This document shows, one piece after another, positions 1 to 14,100 of a DNA stretch of 64,000 bases. Source of the DNA: Nemertoderma westbladi (taxonomy: Eukaryota; Animalia; Xenacoelomorpha); the NCBI GenBank assembly GCA_032718475.1, contig JAUCBJ010000256.1, positions 1,785 to 65,784 of the forward strand. Reading direction: 5' to 3'. The notes below the pieces were generated by a model. That model ran no database searches, was not told where the DNA came from, and saw nothing but the letters and a program-made list of their open reading frames with translations. The translations under genes were made by a program, and so were the position numbers. How positions within the stretch are numbered: position 1 is the first letter of the stretch; each line of letters starts with the position of its first letter.

Positions 1-2567
1 CAATGTTTGGATATCCCAGTGAAACATGGTGGTTGTGTAGTTGGTAAACTTTGCCTTGCTGTAAATTTTGACAACTCAGTCGCAATCGCATTTACTGGTG
101 CTGGATTTTCCACATCCACCCTAGGCGCTACAAAAGTGTGAGCAGTCTTGGACTTGGGTGTGATAGTTGGCGTTTTGCTGGGAGTGATTACCCTTGTTCG
201 AATGCGCGGACTCTCCCCCACATAAACACCCTTATGGTTAATCGTTGGTTGACAATCCAATTCTTCTTCGGAATCGGTCCTGCAGTCTACAACTGGAGGT
301 TTCAGTTTAGTCTCAGGGTGAACAGTCAGTTTCATGCCAGATAACTTGTTCTTTTCCATCTCTAGCTTGGCCCTCTCCATCTGCTCATGAACCTCCTTCA
401 CTGACCATCTCACCTGCTCGAATTCCTGGCTAACTTGACCTTGAACGCGTTGCACTCGCTCCTGCACTCCGTCGACTCGCTCATGAACCCCCACGACACG
501 TTCCTGGACCCCATCCACCTGCTGTTGTACATCCAAGATCTGGTCCTGAACATGCCTGACCTCGTTGATCACCCCACGGTTGCTCTCTTGGATAGCATCC
601 TTCAATTGTTCTAATGAGATCTGAGGCTGGTTATTCGTTTCATTTGGAATATATTTCCCTTCACCTGGAGATTCATTCCATCTGCGAGGTTGCTCAACTT
701 CCTTAGTCCTGAATTTTTCTTTGGACTCAACGTTCGATAATGGATTAGACGGCTCCGCTCCAATTGGTGATATAGGCTGGCAGGTCAAACATTTGCATCC
801 CTGTGCGTGGTACGGAGACAGGTGGTCAATATGTCGGTGATCATTCGGAACACCTAAATCTGTTTGCCATTTGTCATTTGGTGAATTCAGAACATTTTCT
901 GTTAGGTTGTACATACCTGAACTCGCAAAAGGTGGAGCATTTCGCCGCCGATCTGACTCACCTCGAGGACGCCGCTCCACGATCACGCTAGGTGGGGAGT
1001 CATCCTCTGGCGGTACCCAACCTTTACCAGCAAATTGTCGATGGAAGGAATCTATGAAGTGAACCTTGGACTCCATTCCATGCTTGTCATGAGTTCGGTT
1101 GAAGCGTTCTACTGATGAAGCTACATGGTCAACCCCACTTAGTAGCGACTCCATTCGATTGCAGCGCCAAGTAGTTTGTGCTTCCTCAAGTTGGAGCGCT
1201 ATACTCCGGCGGTTATCCTCTAGCTCTTCTGCTTTCCGTCGACGCTCATCATCCCTAAATCGCTGTTGCTGTTGGAGCATAAGTTCCTCCTGTTTCTCAC
1301 GCAGTTCAGCCTTCTTTCGTGCAAGTTCGCGCTCCCTTGTGATGCGCTGATTCTCCTCTGCTATACGCTGCATGCGAAGGCTTGACTCACTTTCAAGTTG
1401 TTTACGTTCAATGGCTGCCAGTTTATCCTTCTTAATCCGCTCCGTTTCCGCTAAAAGCTGGAGTCGTTCAGCTGTTACCTGTTCAGCTTCCAAGCGTGCA
1501 GTCTCGCGCTGTGCTTCACGCTCAGCTTCCTCGCGTTCGATCGTTAGAATACGTGCATATGCTTCCCGCTCTCCTTTATTAGCCTCCTCTAATGCTGATA
1601 CATCTGGCACCTCCTCGGTGATACTGAGGCGAGAAATATCTGTAGTTAGTCGCTTTAGCTCTACTTCAGCTAACTCAGTGCTCTTTCTAATCTCCTCTTC
1701 CTGTTGAAACTGGATTTGGATTTGCTTCGCTCGGCGGCCATCTTCGCTCAGCCGCTTCAGCGTCACCAGCTGCGATGCTGTAACAGACTGCGAACTTACC
1801 GAGCTCGTTTGCCGATATCTACTCCGACCTACCTGTGAAGGGTTGCTATCTGCATCTGCAATATTCTCTCTAGTGGGTAAAGGCAGCCCAGCAACTACAA
1901 CTCCCTTTTTCCTAAAGTATTGTTCTAACTCCTTCTGGAAATTCTGACACCATTTTACTAACTCAAACTCCTCAGAGTCAAAGGTGTCGGTGTCTACACC
2001 TTCTGTCAAACTACCTCGGTATTCCTGTCTAAGAGCGTTTACACGCTTATTTAATCGCAAAAAGTTGTCCCTAATCACTTGTAACTTGTCATATAGGGAT
2101 GTTAGTAACTTACCTTGTCTCCGCCTTTCAGCGACTGTGACCAGTTCCTGCAGGTTAATGACCTGCTGTCTCAATGTCATGTTATATTTGTCAATTATTT
2201 CCCCTAGGTCAGCTGGATCGTAAGCTGATTGGTCTAGTAAAGTTGTCAGCCAGTTCGTCACTTTGGTTACCTTACCCATGTAACCACCGGCACTCTTAGT
2301 AATAGCTGGACGCCTTAAGGAAGTGTCTGAATAGTCGCTACTGTCGGCGTCAGGAATTTCAGAGTCAGGGTGCTGTGTGTCGATTAGTGTGTGAGCACCA
2401 CCCTCTGCTATTAATCCTTCAGTGGCAACGACACCTGCTGGTTGTGTGGCAGGCTCACTAATAGTCTCAGTGTCTGGTGTAACTGACACGTCAAGTTGCT
2501 GACTGAGTCCATCAGCTGTCTCGAAATCATCCGTTACCGGAACGTCTGTCTGGGATGTCTGACTCAT
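1..2567 (-). CDS. Gag-like N-terminal part of a BEL/Pao LTR retrotransposon polyprotein (partial, continues beyond window start)
   Basis: Manual translation from ATG at 2567 (MSQTSQTDVPVTDDFET...) stays open for about 855 codons to the window edge. It has long E/R/Q coiled-coil segments and ends in LPTTQPPCFTG, resembling the 'LPxxxxPxFxG' start of the BEL/Pao Gag domain (DUF1759). It is missing from the ORF track because it has no stop in the window. LTR/PBS not identified. Confidence 0.65.
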   Translation of the reverse strand, partial: MSQTSQTDVPVTDDFETADGLSQQLDVSVTPDTETISEPATQPAGVVATEGLIAEGGAHTLIDTQHPDSEIPDADSSDYSDTSLRRPAITKSAGGYMGKVTKVTNWLTTLLDQSAYDPADLGEIIDKYNMTLRQQVINLQELVTVAERRRQGKLLTSLYDKLQVIRDNFLRLNKRVNALRQEYRGSLTEGVDTDTFDSEEFELVKWCQNFQKELEQYFRKKGVVVAGLPLPTRENIADADSNPSQVGRSRYRQTSSVSSQSVTASQLVTLKRLSEDGRRAKQIQIQFQQEEEIRKSTELAEVELKRLTTDISRLSITEEVPDVSALEEANKGEREAYARILTIEREEAEREAQRETARLEAEQVTAERLQLLAETERIKKDKLAAIERKQLESESSLRMQRIAEENQRITRERELARKKAELREKQEELMLQQQQRFRDDERRRKAEELEDNRRSIALQLEEAQTTWRCNRMESLLSGVDHVASSVERFNRTHDKHGMESKVHFIDSFHRQFAGKGWVPPEDDSPPSVIVERRPRGESDRRRNAPPFASSGMYNLTENVLNSPNDKWQTDLGVPNDHRHIDHLSPYHAQGCKCLTCQPISPIGAEPSNPLSNVESKEKFRTKEVEQPRRWNESPGEGKYIPNETNNQPQISLEQLKDAIQESNRGVINEVRHVQDQILDVQQQVDGVQERVVGVHERVDGVQERVQRVQGQVSQEFEQVRWSVKEVHEQMERAKLEMEKNKLSGMKLTVHPETKLKPPVVDCRTDSEEELDCQPTINHKGVYVGESPRIRTRVITPSKTPTITPKSKTAHTFVAPRVDVENPAPVNAIATELSKFTARQSLPTTQPPCFTGISKH

Positions 2568-5178
2568 TGTCAGGATAGGTTTGATTACTTAATTTATTTA
2601 AACAGTAGTCAAATTGACTAAATGATGTGCGGTATATAATAAAATAGGTCAGCTTATAAAATAGGTAAGCTATTTATTACCGCGATGGGAAATATTATAA
2701 CAATATCGCGGGTTATATATATATTCTATATATTTATAACTCAAAAAATATTCGAAATTTACCAACTTTCGAATTTCAAATTTACCGCGAAATATTGACT
2801 ATCATAATAGATTTTATGCTGTAATGTTTTTAAAATATTATATAATATATTTTATTTTAAATTTAAAGGGCCCCGCAAGGCATCAATGGAACTTTTCTGG
2901 GGAAATTGATGGTTTACAAAAACGCGTGCTTACAAACACAAATTGTTGACACATTTGTGTTCAAAAAAAATCGGGAAAGTATAATAACATCAAAGTCTGA
3001 TATATACCGGTACACCACTATATACCTAGTATATATGTATATACAAACCAGCAGACTACCACAAAATTGATCTATAGATCTCACAAACATAGCTACTGAC
3101 ACTACGACCAACCTCGGACCCCTGAAGTCGCGTTTCTTCGAATGCCAAAGTAATCGTGGGTTGCGCGGACCACGAATGCACCGACGGATTTGGCGTCTCC
3201 GGGCTCCCGAACTCATTTGCAGTGACTTTACCCGTACCTGTAAGTTGTATAGAGAAATCAGCGGTGGCCTGGCAGATTTACCCTACTGTAAATTACAAAT
3301 TTTGTCCAAAATTGAAAGGCAAAATTAAATTCAAATTCGCCACAACCTGAATACAAAACAGAAAATCGAACTCACGATTCCAAAGATCACTTTGTTCTAG
3401 AATTTTATCAGTCAAACTTTATCCAATTTTTTAACTTTCTAAAACTTTTATTTCAAAATTTTCTGAAAAATAAATTATTAAATAATTTTGCATTTACTAC
3501 TGATAAATCCAACAGCAGCTAATCCAATACTGTTGAAAATCCATCCAAATGCAGCTACAGTTATTTGTGCTCAAATAGCACATATAACCCTGCTAAAATC
3601 CATACCGGTAATGATTGCAGAAAACACCCGCTACAAAGGGAAATCTAAATATTTTAATTTGATAATTTTCTACAACTTTCTGGCAATAATGCGAGATACC
3701 CACTCGCTTAAATAATTTATTTTACAACAACCCAGTAATCCAGTTGGAATCCCGACTCGATCCGATCTGCAGTGTAATTCAAATAGTGGCGAGGTCCAAA
3801 ACAATATTACATAATTTTATCCGAAAATATTCTAGAATGAAACCGTTTTATAGTTTTGCAATGTAAAAATGTATGTTTCTAGTAAGGGGGTTTTGGCATA
3901 GATAGATCAAAATAATGTTTATCACCCTTTGGCTTTTGTTTGACGCAAGTATCGTTGTTCATCAAGCAGCAGGTAAGGGAAAAAGGGTAAACCTTGGCTT
4001 CGCTATACAAATGTACCTGTAGGAATTGTGAAATGGGTTAAAATGAGATGAGAAAATAAAATACGGTTCCGTGATGATAAAAACTTATTTTTGTTCACCT
4101 CCCAAGACCGTAGGTAACGATAGTAAGCCGAAACTTGGTATATATATTAATTTCTCAACGCCAAGCTAATCCCACAACAAACCATCAGGGCATGAATGAA
4201 TAAAGCAAAATAAAACCCAATGAACCCTCACAAAGAAGCTCACAAACTAGGGCGCTAATCCTGTAGTAACAATCAGGACGCACCTCCCGAACCTCCCTTA
4301 TTTGGCTTAGCCTAATCACACCGCACAATTTTTAGCTAGGCGCCTACACTTCACCACTTACCCCTGCTGCCCTGTTATCAGTCACAATTGACCTCATAAC
4401 TTGACACCTGGTAGTAAATGCAAAGGGTAACAAAGTCAACTGTGCCCCTTTTTTGGGCCCCAAAATAAACGCCAAGCAACTAAATTACTATAATGCGGTT
4501 AATCTCCCCTATTTTAAAACAAATACAACGCTTACTGCAGTGGCTGGCCTGGTACAATAGTTCAACTTCAAACTTCCCTGATTTTGTTAGCTAACGCATC
4601 TCAGACTTTCCCCCTTTCACATTCCATAGGCCTGCGTCGGGCCTAGATGATCCCTACTCCATATCACAGGGATTCACCGCCTTCAAGGTTACAAGGTACG
4701 ACAGCTGGACAGCACGGTCTGACGGTAGGCTCTGCACAGCACTGACCGCGGACTAGGTTTGAAAAGTCTGTATTGTTGATCAGCACATTGCAGAATATTA
4801 ATAGGTATTACAAATTAATTAAATTTAAATTGTATAAGCAGTCAGGCAGCACCGGACCGGTACATATTCCAGTACAGCAGTACACAGGTACAGCAGCTGG
4901 CCTAATGCAAGACTGGCGTCCAATAGAAATGTAGCAAATGGCACCTTTTTTAATATATTTTTGGTGGGTTGTTTAAATAATACTTACCTAATGTTATTTG
5001 TAGGTATCGTTGCACACATTTAGGTAATTTATACAGTAGATTTTAGATTTCTTACGACAATATGACTGACCATAATATATTATAAAATATCAAAAATTTT
5101 CTTGGTGCGTACCTAAAGATAACTAAGCTAATCTAATATCTTTCGATAAGAATATTACAATGGCGTGTACTCTCGCCA

Positions 5179-8100
5179 ACAGTGTGCATTCGGGAGAAGT
5201 TTGTTGAACTGCATTTATGTGACAGTGTGCAATCGGGAGAAGTTTGGCGAACTGCATTTATGTGACAGTGTGCATCCGAGAGAAGTTTGGTGAACTGCAT
5301 TTATGTGACAGTGTGCATCCGGGAGAAGTTTGGTGAACTGTATTTATGTGACAGTGTGCATTCGGGAGAAGTTTGTTGAACTGCATTTATGTGACAGTGT
5401 GCATTCGGGGGAAGTTTGTTGAACTGCATTTATGTGACAGTGTGCATTCGGGGGAAGTTTGGTGAACTGCATTTATGTGACAGTGTGCATTCGGGGGAAG
5501 TTTGTTGAACTGCATTTATGTGACAGTGTGCATTCGGGGGAAGTTTGTTGAACTGCATTTATGTGACAGTGTGCATTCGGGAGAAGTTTGGTGAACTGCA
5601 TTTATGTGATAGTGTGCATTCGGAGTAAGTTTGTTGAACTGCATTTATGTGACAGTGTGCATTCGGGGTAAGTTTGTTGAACTGCATTTATGTGACAGTG
5701 TGCATTCGGGAAAAGTTTGGCGAACTGCATTTATGTGACAGTGTGCATTCGGGGGAAGTTTGTTGAACTGCATTTATGTGACAGTGTGCATTCGGGAGAA
5801 GTTTTGTGAACTGCATTTATGTGATAGTGTGCAATCGGGGTAAGTTTGTTGAACTGCATTTATGTGACAGTGTGCATTCGGGAGAAGTTTGTTGAACTGC
5901 ATTTATGTGACAGTGTGCATCCGGGAGAAGTTTGTTGAACTGCATTTATGTGACAGTGTGCAATCGGGAGAAGTTTGTTGAACTGCATTTATGTGACAGT
6001 GTGTATTCGGGAGAAGTTTGTTGAACTGCATTTATGTGACAGTGTGCATTCGGGAAAAGTTTGGCGAACTGCATTTATGTGACAGTGTGCATTCGGGGGA
6101 AGTTTGTTGAACTGCATTTATGTGACAGTGTGCATTCGGGAGAAGTTTTGTGAACTGCATTTATGTGATAGTGTGCAATCGGGGTAAGTTTGTTGAACTG
6201 CATTTATGTGACAGTGTGTATTCGGGGTAAGTTTGTTGAACTGCATTTATGTGACAGTGTGCATTCGGGAGAAGTTTGGTGAACTGCATTTATGTGACAG
6301 TGTGCATTCGGGGGAAGTTTGTTGAACTGCATTTATGTGACAGTGTGCATTCGGGGGAAGTTTGATGAACTGCATTTATGTGACAGTGTGCAATCGGGGT
6401 AAGTTTGTTGAACTGCATTTATGTGACAGTGTGCATTCGGGAGAAGTTTGGTGAACTGCATTTATGTGACAGTGTGCATTCGGGGGAAGTTTGTTGAACT
6501 GCATTTATGTGACAGTGTGCATTCGGGGGAAGTTTGTTGAACTGCATTTATGTGACAGTGTGCATTCGGGGGAAGTTTGTTGAACTGCATTTATGTGACA
6601 GTGTGCATTCGGGAGAAGTTTGTTGAACTGCATTTATGTGACAGTGTGCATTCGGGGGAGGTTTGTTGAACTGCATTTATGTGACAGTGTGCATTCGGGG
6701 GAAGTTTGGTGAACTGCATTTATGTGACAGTGTGCATTCGGGGGAAGTTTGTTGAACTGCATTTATGTGACAGTGTGCATTCGGGGGAAGTTTGTTGAAC
6801 TGCATTTATGTGACAGTGTGCATCCGGGAGAAGTTTGGTGAACTGTATTTATGTGACAGTGTGCATTCGGGAGAAATTTGTTGAACTGCATTTATGTGAC
6901 AGTGTGCATTCGGGGGAAGTTTGTTGAACTGCATTTATGTGACAGTGTGCATTCGGGGGAAGTTTGGTGAACTGCATTTATGTGACAGTGTGCATTCGGG
7001 GGAAGTTTGTTGAACTGCATTTATGTGACAGTGTGCATTCGGGGGAAGTTTGTTGAACTGCATTTATGTGACAGTGTGCATTCGGGAGAAGTTTGGTGAA
7101 CTGCATTTATGTGATAGTGTGCATTCGGAGTAAGTTTGTTGAACTGCATTTATGTGACAGTGTGCATTCGGGAAAAGTTTGGCGAACTGCATTTATGTGA
7201 CAGTGTGCATCCGGGAGAAGTTTGGTGAACTGCATTTATGTGACAGTGTGCATCCGGGAGAAGTTTGGTGAACTGTATTTATGTGACAGTGTGCATTCGG
7301 GAGAAGTTTGTTGAACTGCATTTATGTGACAGTGTGCATTCGGGGGAAGTTTGTTGAACTGCATTTATGTGACAGTGTGCATTCGGGGGAAGTTTGGTGA
7401 ACTGCATTTATGTGACAGTGTGCATTCGGGGGAAGTTTGTTGAACTGCATTTATGTGACAGTGTGCATTCGGGGGAAGTTTGTTGAACTGCATTTATGTG
7501 ACAGTGTGCATTCGGGGGAAGTTTGTTGAACTGCATTTATGTGACAGTGTGCATTCGGGGGAAGTTTGTTGAACTGCATTTATGTGACAGTGTGCATCCG
7601 GGAGAAGTTTGGTGAACTGCATTTATGTGACAGTGTGCATCCGGGAGAAGTTTGTTGAACTGCATTTATGTGACAGTGTGCATTCGGGGGAAGTTTGTTG
7701 AACTGCATTTATGTGACAGTGTGCATTCGGGGGAAGTTTGTTGAACTGCATTTATGTGACAGTGTGCATCCGGGAGAAGTTTGGTGAACTGCATTTATGT
7801 GACAGTGTGCATCCGGGAGAAGTTTGGTGAACTGTATTTATGTGACAGTGTGCATTCGGGAGAAATTTGTTGAACTGCATTTATGTGACAGTGTGCATTC
7901 GGGGGAAGTTTGTTGAACTGCATTTATGTGACAGTGTGCATTCGGGGGAAGTTTGGTGAACTGCATTTATGTGACAGTGTGCATTCGGGGGAAGTTTGTT
8001 GAACTGCATTTATGTGACAGTGTGCATTCGGGGGAAGTTTGTTGAACTGCATTTATGTGACAGTGTGCATTCGGGAGAAGTTTGGTGAACTGCATTTATG

Positions 8101-11100
8101 TGATAGTGTGCATTCGGAGTAAGTTTGTTGAACTGCATTTATGTGACAGTGTGCATTCGGGGTAAGTTTGTTGAACTGCATTTATGTGACAGTGTGCATT
8201 CGGGAAAAGTTTGGCGAACTGCATTTATGTGACAGTGTGCATCCGGGAGAAGTTTGGTGAACTGCATTTATGTGACAGTGTGCATCCGGGAGAAGTTTGG
8301 TGAACTGTATTTATGTGACAGTGTGCATTCGGGAGAAGTTTGTTGAACTGCATTTATGTGACAGTGTGCATTCGGGGGAAGTTTGTTGAACTGCATTTAT
8401 GTGACAGTGTGCATTCGGGGGAAGTTTGGTGAACTGCATTTATGTGACAGTGTGCATTCGGGGGAAGTTTGTTGAACTGCATTTATGTGACAGTGTGCAT
8501 TCGGGGGAAGTTTGTTGAACTGCATTTATGTGACAGTGTGCATTCGGGAGAAGTTTGGTGAACTGCATTTATGTGACAGTGTGCATTAGGGAGAAGTTTG
8601 GTGAACTGCATTTATGTGACAGTGTGCATTCGGGGGAAGTTTGTTGAACTGCAATTATGTGACAGTGTGCATTCGGGGGAAGTTTGTTGAACTGCATTTA
8701 TGTGACATTGTGCATTCGGGAGAAGTTTGTTGAACTGAATTTATGTGACAGTGTGCATTCGGGGGAAGTTTGTTGAACTGCATTTATGTGACAGTGTGCA
8801 TTCGGGGGAAGTTTGTTGAACTGCATTTATGTGACAGTGTGCATTCGGGAGAAGTTTGGTAAACTGCATTTATGTGACAGTGTGCAATCGGGAGAAGTTT
8901 GTTGAACTGCATTATGTGACAGTGTGCATTCGGGAGAAGTTTGTTGAACTGCATTTATGTGACAGTGTGCCTTCGGGGGAAGTTTGTTGAACTGCATTTA
9001 TGTGACAGTGTGCATTCGGGGGAAGTTTGGTGAACTGCATTTATGTGACAGTGTGCATTCGGGAGAAGTTTGGTGAACTGCATTTATGTGACAGTGTGCA
9101 TTCGGGGGAAGTTTGTTGAACTGCATTTATGTGACAGTGTGCATTCGGGGGAAGTTTGCTGAACTGCATTTATGTGATAGTGTGCATTCGGGAGAAGTTT
9201 GGTGAACTGCATTTATGTGATAGTGTGCATTCGGGGTAAGTTTGTTGAACTGCATTTATGTGACAGTGTGCATTCGGGAGAAGTTTGGTGAACTGCATTT
9301 ATGTGACAGTGTGCATTCGGGGGAAGTTTGTTGAACTGCATTTATGTGACAGTGTGCATTCGGGGGAAGTTTGTTGAACTGCATTTATGTGACAGTGTGC
9401 ATTCGGGAGAAGTTTGCTGAACTGCATTTATGTGATAGTGTGCATTCGGGAGAAGTTTGGTGAACTGCATTTATGTGATAGTGTGCATTCGGGGTAAGTT
9501 TGTTGAACTGCATTTATGTGACAGTGTGCATTCGGGAGAAGTTTGGTGAACTGCATTTATGTGACAGTGTGCATTCGGGGGAAGTTTGTTGAACTGCATT
9601 TATGTGACAGTGTGCATTCGGGGGAAGTTTGTTGAACTGCATTTATGTGACAGTGTGCATTCGGGGGAAGTTTGTTGAACTGCATTTATGTGACATTGTG
9701 CATTCGGGAGAAGTTTGTTGAACTGCATTTATGTGACAGTGTGCATTCGGGGGAAGTTTGTTGAACTGCATTTATGTGACAGTGTGCATTCGGGGGAAGT
9801 TTGTTGAACTGCATTTATGTGACAGTGTGCATTCGGGGGAAGTTTGTTGAACTGCATTTATGTGACATTGTGCATTCGGGAGAAGTTTGTTGAACTGCAT
9901 TTATGTGACAGTGTGCATTCGGGGGAAGTTTGTTGAACTGCATTTATGTGACAGTGTGCATTCGGGGGAAGTTTGTTGAACTGCATTTATGTGACAGTGT
10001 GCATTCGGGGGAAGTTTGTTGAACTGCATTTATGTGACAGTGTGCATTCGGGGGAAGTTTGTTGAACTGCATTTATGTGACAGTGTGCATTCGGGGGAAG
10101 TTTGTTGAACTGCATTTATGTGACAGTGTGCATTCGGGGGAAGTTTGTTGAACTGCATTTATGTGACAGTGTGCATTCGGGAGAAGTTTGCTGAACTGCA
10201 TTTATGTGATAGTGTGCATTCGGGAGAAGTTTGGTGAACTGCATTTATGTGATAGTGTGCATTCGGGGTAAGTTTGTTGAACTGCATTTATGTGACAGTG
10301 TGCATTCGGGAGAAGTTTGGTGAACTGCATTTATGTGACAGTGTGCATTCGGGGGAAGTTTGTTGAACTGCATTTATGTGACAGTGTGCATTCGGGGGAA
10401 GTTTGTTGAACTGCATTTATGTGACAGTGTGCATTCGGGGGAAGTTTGTTGAACTGCATTTATGTGACAGTGTGCATTCGGGGGAAGTTTGGTGAACTGC
10501 ATTTATGTGACAGTGTGCATTCGGGGGAAGTTTGGTGAACTGCATTTATGTGACAGTGTGCATTCGGGAGAAGTTTGTTGAACTGCATTTATGTGACAGT
10601 GTGCAATCGGGAAAAGTTTGGCGAACTGCATTTATGTGACAGTGTGCATCCGGGAGAAGTTTGGTGAACTGCATTTATGTGACAGTGTGCATCCGGGAGA
10701 AGTTTGGTGAACTGTATTTATGTGACAGTGTGCATTCGGGAGAAGTTTGTTGAACTGCATTTATGTGATAGTGTGCATTCGGGGTAAGTTTGTTGAACTG
10801 CATTTATGTGACAGTGTGCATTCGGGAGAAGTTTGGTGAACTGCATTTATGTGACAGTGTGCATTCGGGGGAAGTTTGTTGAACTGCATTTATGTGACAG
10901 TGTGCATTCGGGGGAAGTTTGTTGAACTGCATTTATGTGACAGTGTGCATTCGGGGGAAGTTTGTTGAACTGCATTTATGTGACAGTGTGCATTCGGGGG
11001 AAGTTTGTTGAACTGCATTTATGTGACAGTGTGCATTCGGGGGAAGTTTGTTGAACTGCATTTATGTGACAGTGTGCATTCGGGAGAAGTTTGGTAAACT

Positions 11101-14100
11101 GCATTTATGTGACAGTGTGCAATCGGGAGAAGTTTGTTGAACTGCATTATGTGACAGTGTGCATTCGGGAGAAGTTTGTTGAACTGCATTTATGTGACAG
11201 TGTGCCTTCGGGGGAAGTTTGTTGAACTGCATTTATGTGACAGTGTGCAATCGGCGGAAGTTTGGTGAACTGCATTTATGTGACAGTGTGCATTCGGGAG
11301 AAGTTTGGTGAACTGCATTTATGTGACAGTGTGCAATCGGGAGAAGTTTGGCGAACTGCATTTATGTGACAGTGTGCATCCGGGAGAAGTTTGGTGAACT
11401 GCATTTATGTGACAGTGTGCATCCGGGAGAAGTTTGGTGAACTGCATTTATGTGACAGTGTGCATTCGGGGGAAGTTTGGTGAACTGCATTTATGTGACA
11501 GTGTGCATTCGGGGGAAGTTTGGTGAACTGCATTTATGTGACAGTGTGCATTCGGGAGAAGTTTGTTGAACTGCATTTATGTGACAGTGTGCAATCGGGA
11601 AAAGTTTGGCGAACTGCATTTATGTGACAGTGTGCATCCGGGAGAAGTTTGGTGAACTGCATTTATGTGACAGTGTGCATCCGGGAGAAGTTTGGTGAAC
11701 TGTATTTATGTGACAGTGTGCATTCGGGAGAAGTTTGTTGAACTGCATTTATGTGACAGTGTGCATTCGGGGGAAGTTTGTTGAACTGCATTTATGTGAC
11801 AGTGTGCATTCGGGGGAAGTTTGGTGAACTGCATTTATGTGACAGTGTGCATTCGGGGGAAGTTTGTTGAACTGCATTTATGTGACAGTGTGCATTCGGG
11901 GGAAGTTTGTTGAACTGCATTTATGTGACAGTGTGCATTCGGGAGAAGTTTGGTGAACTGCATTTATGTGACAGTGTGCATTAGGGAGAAGTTTGGTGAA
12001 CTGCATTTATGTGACAGTGTGCATTCGGGGGAAGTTTGTTGAACTGCAATTATGTGACAGTGTGCATTCGGGGGAAGTTTGTTGAACTGCATTTATGTGA
12101 CATTGTGCATTCGGGAGAAGTTTGTTGAACTGAATTTATGTGACAGTGTGCATTCGGGGGAAGTTTGTTGAACTGCATTTATGTGACAGTGTGCATTCGG
12201 GGGAAGTTTGTTGAACTGCATTTATGTGACAGTGTGCATTCGGGAGAAGTTTGGTAAACTGCATTTATGTGACAGTGTGCAATCGGGAGAAGTTTGTTGA
12301 ACTGCATTATGTGACAGTGTGCATTCGGGAGAAGTTTGTTGAACTGCATTTATGTGACAGTGTGCCTTCGGGGGAAGTTTGTTGAACTGCATTTATGTGA
12401 CAGTGTGCATTCGGGGGAAGTTTGGTGAACTGCATTTATGTGACAGTGTGCAATCGGGAGAAGTTTGTTGAACTGCATTTATGTGACAGTGTGCATTCGG
12501 GAGAAGTTTGGTGAACTGCATTTATGTGACAGTGTGCATTCGGGAGAAGTTTGTTGAACTGCATTTATGTGACAGTGTGCATTCGGGAGAAGTTTGGTGA
12601 ACTGCATTTATGTGACAGTGTGCAATCGGGAGAAGTTTGGCGAACTGCATTTATGTGACAGTGTGCATCCGGGAGAAGTTTGGTGAACTGCATTTATGTG
12701 ACAGTGTGCATCCGGGAGAAGTTTGGTGAACTGCATTTATGTGACAGTGTGCATTCGGGGGAAGTTTGGTGAACTGCATTTATGTGACAGTGTGCATTCG
12801 GGGGAAGTTTGGTGAACTGCATTTATGTGACAGTGTGCATTCGGGAGAAGTTTGTTGAACTGCATTTATGTGACAGTGTGCAATCGGGAGAAGTTTGGCG
12901 AACTGCATTTATGTGACAGTGTGCATCCGGGAGAAGTTTGGTGAACTGCATTTATGTGACAGTGTGCATCCGGGAGAAGTTTGGTGAACTGTATTTATGT
13001 GACAGTGTGCATTCGGGAGAAGTTTTTTGAACTGCATTTATGTGACAGTGTGCATTCGGGGGAAGTTTGTTGAACTGCATTTATGTGACAGTGTGCATTC
13101 GGGGGAAGTTTGGTGAAATGCATTTATGTGACAGTGTGCATTCGGGGGAAGTTTGTTGAACTGCATTTATGTGACAGTGTGCATTCGGGGGAAGTTTGTT
13201 GAACTGCATTTATGTGACAGTGTGCATTCGGGAGAAGTTTGGTGAACTGCATTTATGTGACAGTGTGTATTAGGGAGAAGTTTTGTGAACTGCATTTATG
13301 TGACAGTGTGCATTAGGGTGAAGTTTGTTGAACTGCATTTATGTGACAGTGTGCATTCGGGGGAAGTTTGTTGAACTGCATTTATGTGACAGTGTGCATT
13401 CGGGGGAAGTTTGGTGAACTGCATTTATGTGACAGTGTGCATTCGGGGGAAGTTTATTGAACTGCATTTATGTGACAGTGTGCATTCGGGGGAAGTTTGG
13501 TGAACTGCATTTATGTGACAGTGTGCATTCGGGGGAAGTTTGTTGAACTGCATTTATGTGACAGTGTGCATTCGGGGGAAGTTTGTTGAACTGCATTTAT
13601 GTGACAGTGTGCATTCGGGGGAAGTTTGGTGAACTGCATTTATGTGACAGTGTGCATTCGGGAGAAGTTTGGTGAACTGCATTTATGTGACAGTGTGCAT
13701 TAGGGTGAAGTTTGTTGAACTGCATTTATGTGACAGTGTGCATTCGGGGGAGGTTTGGTGAACTGCATTTATGTGACAGTGTGCATTCGGGGGAAGTTTG
13801 TTGAACTGCATTTATGTGACAGTGTGCATTCGGGAGAGGTTTGGTGAACTGCATTTATGTGACAGTTTGCATTAGGGAGAAGTTTGGTGAACTGCATTTA
13901 TGTGACAGTGTGCATTAGGGTGAAGTTTGTTGAACTGCATTTATGTGACAGTGTGCATTCGGGGGAAGTTTGTTGAACTGCATTTATGTGACAATGTGCA
14001 TTCGGGGGAAGTTTGGTGAACTGCATTTATGTGACAGTGTGCATTCGGGGGAAGTTTGTTGAACTGCATTTATGTGACAGTGTGCATTCGGGGGAAGTTT

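Noticed and set aside
138-2223. Short plus-strand ORFs in the ORF track
   Set aside because: They are antisense shadows of the long minus-strand Gag-like ORF.
2568-5178. 5' LTR and primer-binding site of the BEL/Pao element
   Set aside because: The second LTR is outside the window and no convincing tRNA-complementary PBS was recognised.
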